In this document: in pieces, positions 12,883 to 24,798 of the stretch
Layout of the letters: the number at the start of each line of letters is the position of its first letter
Position numbering within the stretch: position 1 is the first letter of the stretch
From: Chromera velia
Taxonomy: Eukaryota
Direction: 5' to 3'
Assembly (NCBI GenBank): GCA_018398765.1
Contig: JAHBMJ010000423.1
Coordinates: 1 to 48,139 of the forward strand
DNA length: 48,139 nucleotides
Notes under the pieces: generated by a model
Seen by the model: the letters and a program-made list of their open reading frames with translations, nothing else
Told to the model about the DNA's origin: nothing
The model's database searches: none
Program-made: the position numbers and the translations under genes

Positions 12883-14364
12883 GCGAGAATAATGGATGGC
12901 GTTGGATATCTTTGCGTGCTTCTCTTCTATCATGCCTGGCTATTGCCACTTCTTCTTCATTTGCTGGTCGAGTGTCTGAATCGTTCCCTTCTGAGCGAAT
13001 GTTTTTTCTGCCATCCTTTTTGTAGTGTGATTTTTTAATTCTTAATTTGATTCCGTTCCATCAGCTCTGAAAGAATGAAAAGCAGGGGGTGGAAAGATAT
13101 CGGCGAGGGAGAAGTGTGGTTCAACGCAGCAGAGTCAGCTGTCGCAAAAGGAAGTTGAGTTGAGTTCGGGATAAGACAGTTGGAGGTAACGAGAGAACAA
13201 GTCATTGCATGCATCGATGCTTGTTGACGTGGCAAAAGATTGACTTGCGTCGATGTGGTTGTGAGATTGTCGTTGCGGGATGCTTTGTCTACTTTTGTTC
13301 GATGTTCTTCGTGTTGCTGTTTGTCTGTGTCCGAGGAATTTGCAATCTCTGCCTGTTCATTCCCTTTCACCTGAGCTTCGATCCACTTTCCTTCCTCTTG
13401 ATTTTCTTATCCGATCAATCAGTGTGTCAGACATATTCAGTCGGTCATGTCCTTGCTAGTGCTTTTGGAATCTTGGGAATTCTTCATGCTGGCCTTCCTG
13501 CTGCAAAATGGCAGTGCATACCACCAGATGGTATTTGAGTATCCGTCCAACTATATCGGTTGTTCTGATCCATTTGGATACATTTGGATTCAAGTTGCCT
13601 TTGGCTTCATTTGGCTTCCGCTGCTTCCAGCTCACGTCTTTTCTTTTTCTGAAGCAACAAAAGGAGATACTATTCATCCATAGCTAGCGAGATCAATAGC
13701 TCAATGACTAGCTCAATGATTTAATTATGATTGACGGTCTCACTTTCTTTAATATGTATCTCCTAGTATACCTCACGGACAGTCATGGACTCCACAGTCA
13801 AAACGCTTGAATACTAGAATACTTGGTTTATTTATTCATTCATTTATTCATCTATTGATTAATTTATTCGTTTATTTAATATTCATTCAAAATTCAAAGA
13901 AAGATCATTAATTTGTTCCCAGATTTATTTAACAATTCCTCCATATTCAAGTTTAACAAAAGACTCCGTTATAAGCTTCGTTTAATAGCGCCCATGGCCA
14001 TTAGTAGTTTTTTTAAACCGAATACATACAATAATATACATATTCATATAAATTAATGCTGGAAACTGAAACATTTCTAGCTTGGAGTATTCTGCTGGTT
14101 ATTCTACGCTAGCTAGTAGTCTCTTTATAGGTGAATTTATAAACAAATCAGCTAGAAAAGTTAGACTTTCCCGAATAGCGGCGAATCCAACAAACACTTA
14201 TTGACGAGCTAAGTGATAAGTGACAAGCTAGGTGACAAGTGATTTAGTGGTGCCCGAGAGCACTGTCGCCATTTTATTTTATAGAGGTCGCCCCTACGTT
14301 TTGTTTTATAGATAAAGAGCAAAAAGGCTAGCTTAACACAGTTTAAACATATATTTATATAGGA

Positions 14365-16398
14365 CTAGGCGACGCACAGTGGTAAAAAAAAAAAAAATCT
14401 GAAAACGTCTAATTTTTTTTTTTAATTATTTAAAATTTTATTGTATATGTAAATTTATAAAAAAAAATAAAGGTTAAATGACCAGCTTCAACCAGAGTTT
14501 CAATCATATCTAGGATCCCAGTTTTACTTTTAGCTTGGTAGACGCTTAAAAAGATTGAACAAAACTAGCTTCGACTAGAGCTTCGAAACGTATATCGTCC
14601 TAGATATCGTCAAAGAGCGAGTCAGAGAACTTCTCCTCTGTCTGCTCTTCTGTCTGCATCTATGTATTAGTGCTAGGAAAAGGTTTAAGGTTCAAGGTTC
14701 AAGGTTCACTTTGAAGTAATGAACCTGAATCAGGTTCAAAAACAGGTTTAAAAACAGGTTCACTTTTAATTAATAGAAACCTCATTTTTTTATATTATCT
14801 TATGTTTTTAAATTAGGCTTTAATGCATTTTTAGAACGTTTTATTATAGAATCTATGCCTTAGTAGTGTTTTTAAATAGTTTAAATCAATATTTACGCTC
14901 ACATTAGGTGCTAGTCTTAAGTTATTCACTGTTTATAGTCGAAAATTAGTAATTAAAAAAGCCTTAAAAAAATGGAAAATGCCATAATTAAATTTATATG
15001 ATCGTATCAATCATGATAATTTAGTCAACATAAGACCATCACAGCGTTTCTTTCTTTCTTTTATCTGCTCACCAATTGCCCTGCGGCCCCCGCTTCCCCC
15101 CTCCCTCTCTGTACACCGCCGTCTCTTTGACCTGCTGCTCCCGGCCCGGCCTGTTGCCCCCCCCCCTGCTCCCCCCCATGGCCCCCACTGCTCCCAACTA
15201 CCGCGGGTGGCACCCAAACATCTGGGTTTGCATTCGTTCCAACCTTTTGCCACATAAAAGAGAATGAAAAAGGGTTGTATAATGAAAGAGGTCGGACCCA
15301 TGGGTAGTCCTCTTGTAGCTGGGAGTTCAAAAAAAAAGATCCGGAGACGGCAGTAGCGGAAGCAAGCAGAGGGACTGCTGCCGGCACAAGTCTGAAGGAG
15401 CCCCTACAAAAAGACATTGTCAATTATACTGTCGTGCAGACTGCTGTTAAACAAACTCTATACTTCCTTATTCCTTCACTGGAGACTGTCCGTTTTGATA
15501 CGGGGCCTTGCAAGTGGAAAACTTGGTAAGTCACGTGTACTTCTTCACTTCTACAACCGTCAGTATGAGTTTTCATGCTGACATATGATGCTGACATATG
15601 CTGACATGCGTCTGTCCGATACAATAGATTGAACCGGCTGGGGACAGTTGCTGTGCGCGCGGCTCCGGCTCCTTATTTCACCTATATCAGCCGCGGGCGG
15701 CACGGGCCTGGCCGGCCTTGTGCCAGTGGCTGCGTGTCTGGCCTCTAAAACAGGTTCAACAGGTTCATTTTTTCAGATTTGAACCTTTTCTCAATGAACC
15801 TTTTCCCAGCCTTACTATGCATCCATCCTTCTTGTCACTCTTTGCATAGGACAAAAGAGAGCCCCCTTTTCCCTTCGCCCGCCCGCTCGCCTTCATCCCT
15901 GTAATCTTCTTTTGCGATGGTCGCTGCATGCAGTGCTATACACACAGACTTCATTCATTTTTCAATTAGCAGTCAATGTGAATGGAAAACAAGAAGACAT
16001 GGTTAGTTTTTTTAACAGACACAGTAAAGAGAAGAGAGAAAAGTCTGGTGACAGTGCAGTTGAACAAGAGAAAAAAGATCAGTTGCCAGTGGTCCGTATT
16101 CAACAAAGTTGATGATGGAATGGTGAAGACACTAGTAGAGACATTAGTAGAGACAAACGTACAATAACAACTAGAACTAGAACTAGGGTTGAAACTAGGG
16201 TTAAAAGATGTTTAAAACTTTGAGTTAAGTAATAACTTCGCTAGTAAGTTCACGAGGAAGTTAGTTTAAAAGTACTTCTAAAAGGTGTTCCTCTAGGTGC
16301 TCCTAGAGGTGCTCTAGGAAATCCTTCGTAGAAAAAAAGAAAAAAAAAATCTGGAAAAGTCTATTTTTTTTTTTTTCTTACCACTGTGCGTCGCCTAG
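14365..16398. mobile_element. Non-autonomous TIR DNA transposon, TIR CTAGGCGACGCACAGTGGTAA, 8-bp TSD ATATAGGA
   Basis: TIRs at 14365-14385 and 16378-16398 are perfect reverse complements. Identical 8-mer ATATAGGA at 14357-14364 and 16399-16406. Confidence 0.88.
14668..15814. mobile_element. hAT-like non-autonomous element nested in the CTAG-TIR element
   Basis: Imperfect TIRs TAGTGCTAGGAAAAGGTTTA and (rc) TAAGGCTGGGAAAAGGTTCA. 8-bp TSD CTATGTAT (14660-14667) / CTATGCAT (15815-15822). Repeated subterminal AGGTTCA motifs at both ends. Confidence 0.75.
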
Positions 16399-16450
16399 AT
16401 ATAGGAAAATCTCTACTTAATTTAAAGCATATGAAGAGAAAAAAAGTTTT

Positions 16451-16460
16451 AGAAGAAGAA

Positions 16461-16494
<34 letters not shown>

Positions 16495-16800
16495 GAGAAG
16501 AAGAAGAAGAAGAAGAAGGAGAAGAAGAAGAAGAAGAAGAAGAAGAAGAAGAAGAAGAAGAACGAGAAGAACGAGAAGAAAGAGAAGGAGAAGGAAAAGG
16601 AAAGGGAGAAGCAGAAGGAGAAAAAGAAGAAGAAGAAGAAGAAGAAGAAGAAGAAGAAGAAGAAGAAGATAAGGATAAAGGAGAAGCAGAAGCAGAAAAA
16701 GAAGAAGAAGAAAAAGAAGAAGAAGAAAAAGAAGAAGAAGAAGAAGAAGAACAAGAAGAAGAAAAAGAAGAAGAAGAAGAAGATCATGATGACGATGATG
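16451..16800. repeat. (GAA)n trinucleotide tract
   Basis: Direct inspection; gives poly-E/poly-F/poly-L artefact ORFs. Confidence 0.95.
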
Positions 16801-19800
16801 AAAGGATGCATGCATAAACGACAATTAAGTTCTTTTCGTTGTTTTCCTTCATGCCTGCACTTTTTTATATGCAATTTCTTCACTCTTCACTCATCTGTCG
16901 TAAACCAATATAAGCTAGTCTACTGAATTAAAAGTGAAATACTCCGCTCGAAGCGCTACAACTCGACCCTTTTCTCGCTTCCCAGTAAAGTGCACACGTC
17001 GACCTAACATGCGAATTGACAGTCTGCCGCTTCATGCGGCACACCTCCCCTCAATTCACCTATTTCCCAACGTGTACAGTGCTAATCCCTTCTGACTGAA
17101 AGAAAGCGAAGCTACAACCCCCCCCTTAATTGGAAACTTCTGCTCTTTTCCTGCTTAGACATGCACCTTGTGACTGGTCGCAAATGAATCCACATCATCA
17201 CACAACCCATGCAGACTTTAACAAGTCCACCTCTGCGTCAGGCCACCCGATGCCTCTCTCAGAGGGCATCTCAAAGGTCTTTGCCCTCCTTCTTCAATGC
17301 TGCCTTTACCTTGTTGGAACAAGACCTGCATGGCATTATTAATATGAATCATTTCAAAGAAGGAACACAGAGCAAAAGAAGGCGCAGGTGGACCAAGGAA
17401 AAAGAACGAAACGTGACTTAAAAATAAATAGTAAACAGCCTTTGACAACACACAGACTGATCATTGCATTCAGAGAAAGGTGAAAGAACAGAAAGAGATT
17501 CAATCACATGTTTAACCTTCAACAAAGCAAAATCAACTATTAGTTTTCAGATTGCCAATGGGTGAAAAACCCGACCTGTTTCTTCTTGAACCGCGCGCTG
17601 ACGTAGCAACTGCTGGAAGCTTCGTTGTCCGTTTGAAGGACTTCTTCTGTTTCCCTGTCATGGTTGACCTAGAGCAAACAGAAACGGAGAAAAAAGGGGA
17701 GAGAGCCAACGAAAATGAGCATAAACAAGTGGGTGGGGAGTCAGCGCACATGCCAGATAGGTGAGCGTAGGTCTTTTGTTCGGTCTGCCTTTCAGGCTTC
17801 CTTACAGAGCGTTCATCTTGCATGATAGGATCCATCAAAGTAACCAAGGGCAAAGCTTTTAACAAATGTAATGGGGACGTGGCTGCCTTGTTACCATCAA
17901 TGACGCTCTCAAAGAGTCACCAGGTCAATCGGCACCGTGAGTACAGACAAAGTGTCTGATTGCGGTATTTACATGTATTGACACATGTGCCAGCAAGAAA
18001 GAAACAGTTACTTCCAATCAGAACACTCCAGGCTGATTCATAGACTTGCACAGACACCAATGAATCGACATCCATACGCATAAGTCTACTGTTGCACAGC
18101 GGTCTCAAACCACATGGAACCGTGGACAGTAGACATGAGGCGATAAGCGAGCAAAGCAACATATGCGGACTTGTATGTCCACTAAGACGGACGTCATGTC
18201 AAGGAGTTGTAAAGCGATACGATCAGCTCACATGGCAAGCACTTATGCAGGTCTTGCGCTGTGTGGCGGCTTTAAACTACTGCAGCTTTGGACACCTAGA
18301 AAATCTGCATGATCGGCAGACCGAGCTCACGTACAATCCCATCCATTCAATGACATGCAGTCACCTTACCCTGCGTGTAGTAGCAAAGGCTCAGTGCGCA
18401 ACCCACCCGTCTCGGCCCTTCTTCTCCTTTTGTCTTGCATTTGAGGAGTTGAGGATGTCTGTGGAGTCCTCAGCTTCTTCAACTTCCTTCTGGTCGATCA
18501 CCTGTCTGAAGATAATGGCACACAGCAAGGAAAAGAGGCACGAACACAAGGGAAAGAAACGGACAACAAAGAAAAGAGGGAGTGAGCCGAGGCTTCTGAC
18601 TTAGACTATGCACATACACATATACGGTGTATCAGTGAGTGGGGACTCAGCGCACATGCCGAATGGCTGAGCGTAGGTCTTTTGTTCGGTCTGCCTTTCA
18701 GGCATCCTTTCAGAGCGTTCATCTTACATGACAGGATCCATCAAAGTAACCAAGGGCGAAGCTTTCAACAAATGTAACGGGGACGTGGCTGCCTTGTTAC
18801 CGTCAGTGACGCTCTCAAAGAGTCACCAGGTCAATTGGCACCGTGAGTACAGACAGAGCGTCTGATTGCGGTATTTATATATATTTGTACATGACATTGT
18901 GCCAGCAAGAGAGAAATCAGAACACTCCAGACTGGTTCACAGACTTGCACAGACACCAACAAATCGACATCTATGCGCATAAGTCTACTGTTGCGCAGTG
19001 GTCTCAAACCGCATGGAACTATAGACAACAAACATGACTATGAGGCGATGAGCGAGCAAAGCAACATGTGTAGACTTGCATGTCCACTAAGATGAACGTC
19101 ATATCAAAGAGTTGCAAAGCGATGCGATCGGCTCACATGGTAAGCACTTATGCAGGTCTTGCGCTGTGTGGCGGCTTCAAACTACTGCAGCTTTGAACAC
19201 CTAGAAAATCTGCATGATCGGCAGACTGAGCTTACGTGCAATCCCATCCACTCAATGATATGCAGTCACCCTACCCCGCGTATAGTAGCAAAGGCTCAGT
19301 GCACAACCCACCCGTCTCGGCCCTTCTTCTTCTTCTGCCTTGCACTCGAGGAGTTGAGGATGTCCGCGGAGTCCTCAGCTTCTTCAACTTCCTTCTGGTC
19401 GAGCACCCGTCTGAAGATAATGGCACACAGCAAGGAAAAGAGGCACGAACACAAGGGAAAGAAACGGACAACAAAGGAAAGAGGGAGTGAGCCGAGGCTT
19501 CTGACTTAGACTGTGCATACAGACATACACGGTGTGTCAGTGAGTAGGGAGTCAGCGCACATGCCGAGTGGGTGAGCATGAGTTTTGTGTTCGGTCTGCC
19601 TTTCAGGCTTCCTTGCAGAGCGTTCATCTTGCATGACAGGATCCATCAAAGTAACCAAGGGCGAAGCTTTTAACAAACGTAACGGGGATGTGGCTGCCTT
19701 ATTACCATCAGTGACGCTCTCAAAGAGTCACCAGGTTAATTGGCACCATGAGTATAGACAGAGTGTCTGATTGCGGTATTTACATATATTTGTACATGAC

Positions 19801-22800
19801 ATTGTGCCAGCAAGAGAGAAATCAGAACACTCCAGGCTGGTTTACAGACTTGCACAGATACCAACGAATTGATATCCATGCGCACAAGTCTACTGTTACG
19901 CAGCGGTCTCAAACCGCATGGAACCGTAGACAGCAGACATGAGGCGATGAGCGAGCAAAGCAATATGTGTAGACTTGCATGTCCACTAAGACGGACGTCA
20001 TGTTAAGGAGTTGCAAAGCAATACAATCGGCTCACATGGTAAGCACTTATGCAGGTCTTGCGCTGTGTGGCGGCTTCAAACTATTGCAGCTTTGAACACC
20101 TAGAAAATCTGCATGATCGGTAGACAAAGCTCACGTGCAATCCCATCTACTCAATGATATGCAGTCACCCTACCCTGCGTGTAGTAGCAAAGGCTCAGTG
20201 CACAACCCACCCGTCTTAGCCCTTCTTCTTCTTCTGCCTTGCACTCGAGGAGTTGAGGATGTCCGCGGAGTCCTCAGCTTCTTCAACTTCCTTCTGGTCG
20301 AGCACCCGTCTGAAGATAATGGCACAGAGCAAGGAAAAGAGGCACGAACACAAAGGAAAGAAACGGACAACAAAGCAAAGAGGGAGTGAGCCGAGGCTTC
20401 TGACTTAGACTGTGCATACAGACATACACGGTGTGTCAGTGGGTGGGGAGTCAGCGCATATGCCGAGTGGGTGAGCGTGGGTTTTTTTTTTGGTCTGCCT
20501 TTCAGGCTTCCTTTCAGAGCGTTCATCTTGCATGACAGGATCCATCAAAGTAACCAAGGGCGAAGCTTTTAACAAATGCAACGGGGACGTGGCTGCCTTA
20601 TTACCGTCAGCGACGCTCTTAAAGAGTCACCAGGTCAATCGGCACCGTAAATACAAATAGAGCGTCTGATTGCGGTATTTACATATATTTGTACATGACA
20701 TTGTGCCAGCAAGAGAGAAATCAGAACACTCCAGGCTGGTTTACAGACTTGCACAGATACCAACGAATTGATATCCATGCGCACAAGTCTACTGTTACGC
20801 AGCGGTCTCAAACCGCATGGAATCGTAGACAGCAGACATGAGGCAATGAGCGAGCGAAGCAACATATGTAGACTTGCATGTCCACTAAGACGGACGTCAT
20901 GTCAAGGAGTTGCAAAGCGATGCGATCAGCTCATACGGCAAGCACTTATGCAGGCTTACGCTGTGTGGCGGCTTCAAACTACTGCAGCTTTGAACACCTA
21001 GAAAATCTGCATGATCGGCAGACCGAGCTCATGTGCAATCCCATCCACTCAATGACATGCAGTCACCCTACTCCGCGTGTAGTAGCAAAGGCTCAGTGCG
21101 CAACCCACCCGTCTTAGCCCTTCTTCTTCTTCTGCTTTGCACTCGAGGAGTTGAGGATGTCCGCGGAGTCCTCAGTTTCTTCAACTTCCTTCTGGTCGAG
21201 CACCTGTCTGAAGATAATGGCACACAGTAAGGAAAAGAGGAACGAACACAAGGGAAAGAAACGGACAACAAAGGAAAGAGGGAGTGAGCCGAGGCTTGTG
21301 ACTTAGACTGTGTATACACACATATATGGTGTATCAGTGATTGGGGAGTCAGCACACATGCCGAGTGGATGAGCGTGGGTCTTTTATTTGGTCTGCCTTT
21401 CAGGCTTCCTTTCAAAGCGTTCATCTTGCATGACAGGATCCATCAAAGTAACCAAGGGCGAAGCTTTCAACAAACGCAACGGGGATGTGGCTGCCTTGTT
21501 ACCATCAGTGACGCTCTCAAAGAGTCACCAGGTCAATCGGCACCATGAGTACAGACAGAGTGTCTGATTGCAGTATTTACATGTATTTGTACATGACATT
21601 GTGCCAGCAAGAGAGAAATCAGAACACTCCAGGCTGGTTCACAGACTTGCACAGACACCAATGAATCGACATCCATGCACACAAGCCTACTGTTACGCAG
21701 CGGTCTCAAACCGCATGGAACCGTGGACAGCAGACATGAGGTGACGAGCGAGGAAAGCAACATATGCGGACTTGCATGTCCACTAAGATGGACGTCATGT
21801 CAAAGAGTTGTAAAGCGATGCGATTGGCTCACACGGCAAGCACTTATACAGGTCTTGCGCTGTATGGCGGCTTCAAACTACTGCAACTTTGAACACCTAG
21901 AAAATCTGCATGATCAGCTCACGTGCAATCCCATCCACTCAATGACATGCTGTCACCCTACCCTGCGTGTAGTAGCAAAGGCTCAGTGCGCAACCCACCC
22001 GTCTTAGCCCTTCTTCTTCTTCTGCTTTGCATTCGAGGAGTTGAGGATGTCCGCGGAGTCCTCAGCTTCTTCAACTTCCTTCTGGTCGAGCACCCGTCTG
22101 AAGATAATGGCGTACAGCAAGGAAAAGAGGAACGAACACAAGGGAAAGAAACGGACAACAAAGCAAAGAGGGAGTGAGCCGAGGCTTCTGACTTAGACTG
22201 TGCACATACACATGCATAGACGGTGTGTCAGTGGGTGGGGAGTCAGCACATATGCCGAGTGGGTGAGCGTGGGTCTTTTATTTGGTCTGCCTTTCAGGCT
22301 TCCTTTCAGAGCATTCATCTTGCATGACAGGATCCATCAAAGTAACCAAGGGCGAAGCTTTCAACAAATACAACGGGACATGGCTGCCTTATTACCGTCA
22401 ATGACGCTCTCAAAGAGTCACCAGGTCAATCGGCACCATGAACACAGACAGAGTGTCTGATTGTGGTATTTACATGTATTTATACATGTGCCAGCAAGAG
22501 AGAAACAGTTACTTCCAATCAGAACACTCTAGGCTGATTCACAGACTTGCACAGACACCAATGAATCGACATCCATACGCATAAGTCTACTGTTGCACAG
22601 CGGTCTCAAACCACATGGAACCGTGGACAGTAGACATGAGGCGATAAGCGAGCAAAGCAACATATGCGGACTTGTATGTCCACTAAGACGGACGTCATAT
22701 CAAGGAGTTGTAAAGCGATACGATCGGCTCACATGGCAAGCACTTATGCAGGTCTTGCGCTGTGTGGCAGCTTCAAACTACTGCAGCTTTGAACACCTAG

Positions 22801-24798
22801 AAAATCTGCATGATCGGCAGACCGAGCTCACGTGCAATCCCATCCACTCAATGATATGCAGTCACCCTACCCTGCGTGTAGTAGCAAAGGCTCAGTGCGC
22901 AACCCACCCGTCTCGGCCCTTCTTCTTCTTCTGCCTTGCACTCGAGGAGTTGAGGATGTCCGCGGAGTCCTCAGCTTCTTCAACTTCTTTCTGGTCGAGC
23001 ACCCGTTTGAAGATAATGGCGCATTGCAAGGAAAAGAGGAACGAACACAAACGAAAGAAACGGACAACAAAGCAAAGAAGGAGTGAGCCGAGGCTTCTGA
23101 CTTAGACTGTGTACACATATATACACGGTGTATCAGTGAGTGGGGAGTCAGCGCACATGCCGAGTGGGTGAGTGTGGGTCTTTTGTTTTCTGCCTTTTAG
23201 GCTTCCTTTCAGAGCGTTCATCTTGCATGACAGGATCCATCAAACTAACCAAGGGCGAAGCTTTCAACAAACGCAACGGGGACGTGGCTACTTTGTTACC
23301 GTCAGTGATGCTCTCAAAGAGTCATCAGGTTAATCGGTACCATGAGTACAGACAGAGTGTCTGATTGCGGTATTTACATATATTTGTACATGACATTGTG
23401 CCAGCAAGAGCGAAATCAAAACACTCCAAGCTGGTTCACAGACTTGCACAGATACCAACGAATCGACATCCATACGTACAAGTCTACTGTTGCGCAGCGG
23501 TCTCAAACCGCATGGAACCGTGAACAGCAGACATGAGGCGACAGGCAAGTGAAGCAACATGTACGGACTTGCATGTCCACTAAGACGGACGTCATGTCAA
23601 GGAGTTGCAAAGCAATGCGATCGGCTCACACGGCAAGCACTTATGCAGGTCTTGCGCTGTGTGGCGGCTTCAAACTACTGCAGCTTTGAACACCTAGAAA
23701 ATCTGCATGATCGGCAGACCGAGCTCACGTGTAATCCCATCTACTCAATGACATGCAGTCACCCTACCCCGCATGTAGTAGCAAAGACTCAGTGCGCAAC
23801 CTACCCGTCTCGGCCCTTCTTCTTCTTCTATCTTGCACTCGAGGAGTTGAAGATGTCTGCGGAGTCCTCAGCTTCTTCAACTTCCTTCTGGTCGAGCACC
23901 CGTCTGAAGATAATGGCGCACAGCAAGAAAAAGAGGAACGAACACAAGGGAAAGAAACGGACAACAAAGAAAAGAGGGAGTGAGCTGAGGTTTCTGACTT
24001 AGACTGTGCATACACACATAGACGGTGTGTCAGTGGGTAGGGAGTCAGCGCACATGCCGAGTGGGTGAGCGTGGGTCTTTTATTTGGTCTGCCTTTCAGG
24101 CTTCCTTTCAGAGCGTTCATCTTGCATGACAGGATCCATTAAAGTAACCAAGGGCAAAGCTTTTAACAAATGCAACGGGGACGTGGCTGCCTTGTTACTG
24201 TCAGTAACGCTCTCAAAGAGTCACCAGATCAATCGGCACCATGAGTACAGACAGAGTGTCTGATTGCGGTATTTACATATATTGACACATGTGCCAGCAA
24301 GACAGAAATCAGAACACTCCAGACTGGTTCACAGACTTGCACAGACACCAACAAATCGACATCCATGCGCATAAGTCTACTGTTGCACAGCGGTCTCAAA
24401 CTGTATAGAATCGTAGACAGCAGACATGAGGCGATGAGCGAGCGAAGCAACATGTGCGGACTTGCATGTCCACTAAGACGGACGTCATGTCAAGGAGTTG
24501 CAAAGCGATACGATCAGTTCATATGGCAAGCACTTATGCAGGTCTTGCACTGTGTGGCGGCTTCAAACTACTGCAGCTTTGAACACCTAGAAAATCTATA
24601 TGATCGGCAGACCGAGCTCACGTGCAATCCCATCTACTCAATGATATGCAGTCACCCTACCCCACGTGTAGTAGCAAAGGCTCAGTGTGCAACCCATCCG
24701 TCTCGGCCCTTCTTCTTCTTCTGCCTTGCACTCGAGGAGTTGAGGATGTCCGCGGAGTCCTCAGCCTCTTCAACTTCCTTCTGGTCAAGCACCCGTCT

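Noticed and set aside
14375..16388. Transib/RAG-like element starting at CACAGTGG with 5-bp TSD CGACG/CGTCG
   Set aside because: Those 5-mers are reverse complements within the longer TIR, and a perfect 8-bp TSD marks the outer CTAG boundary.
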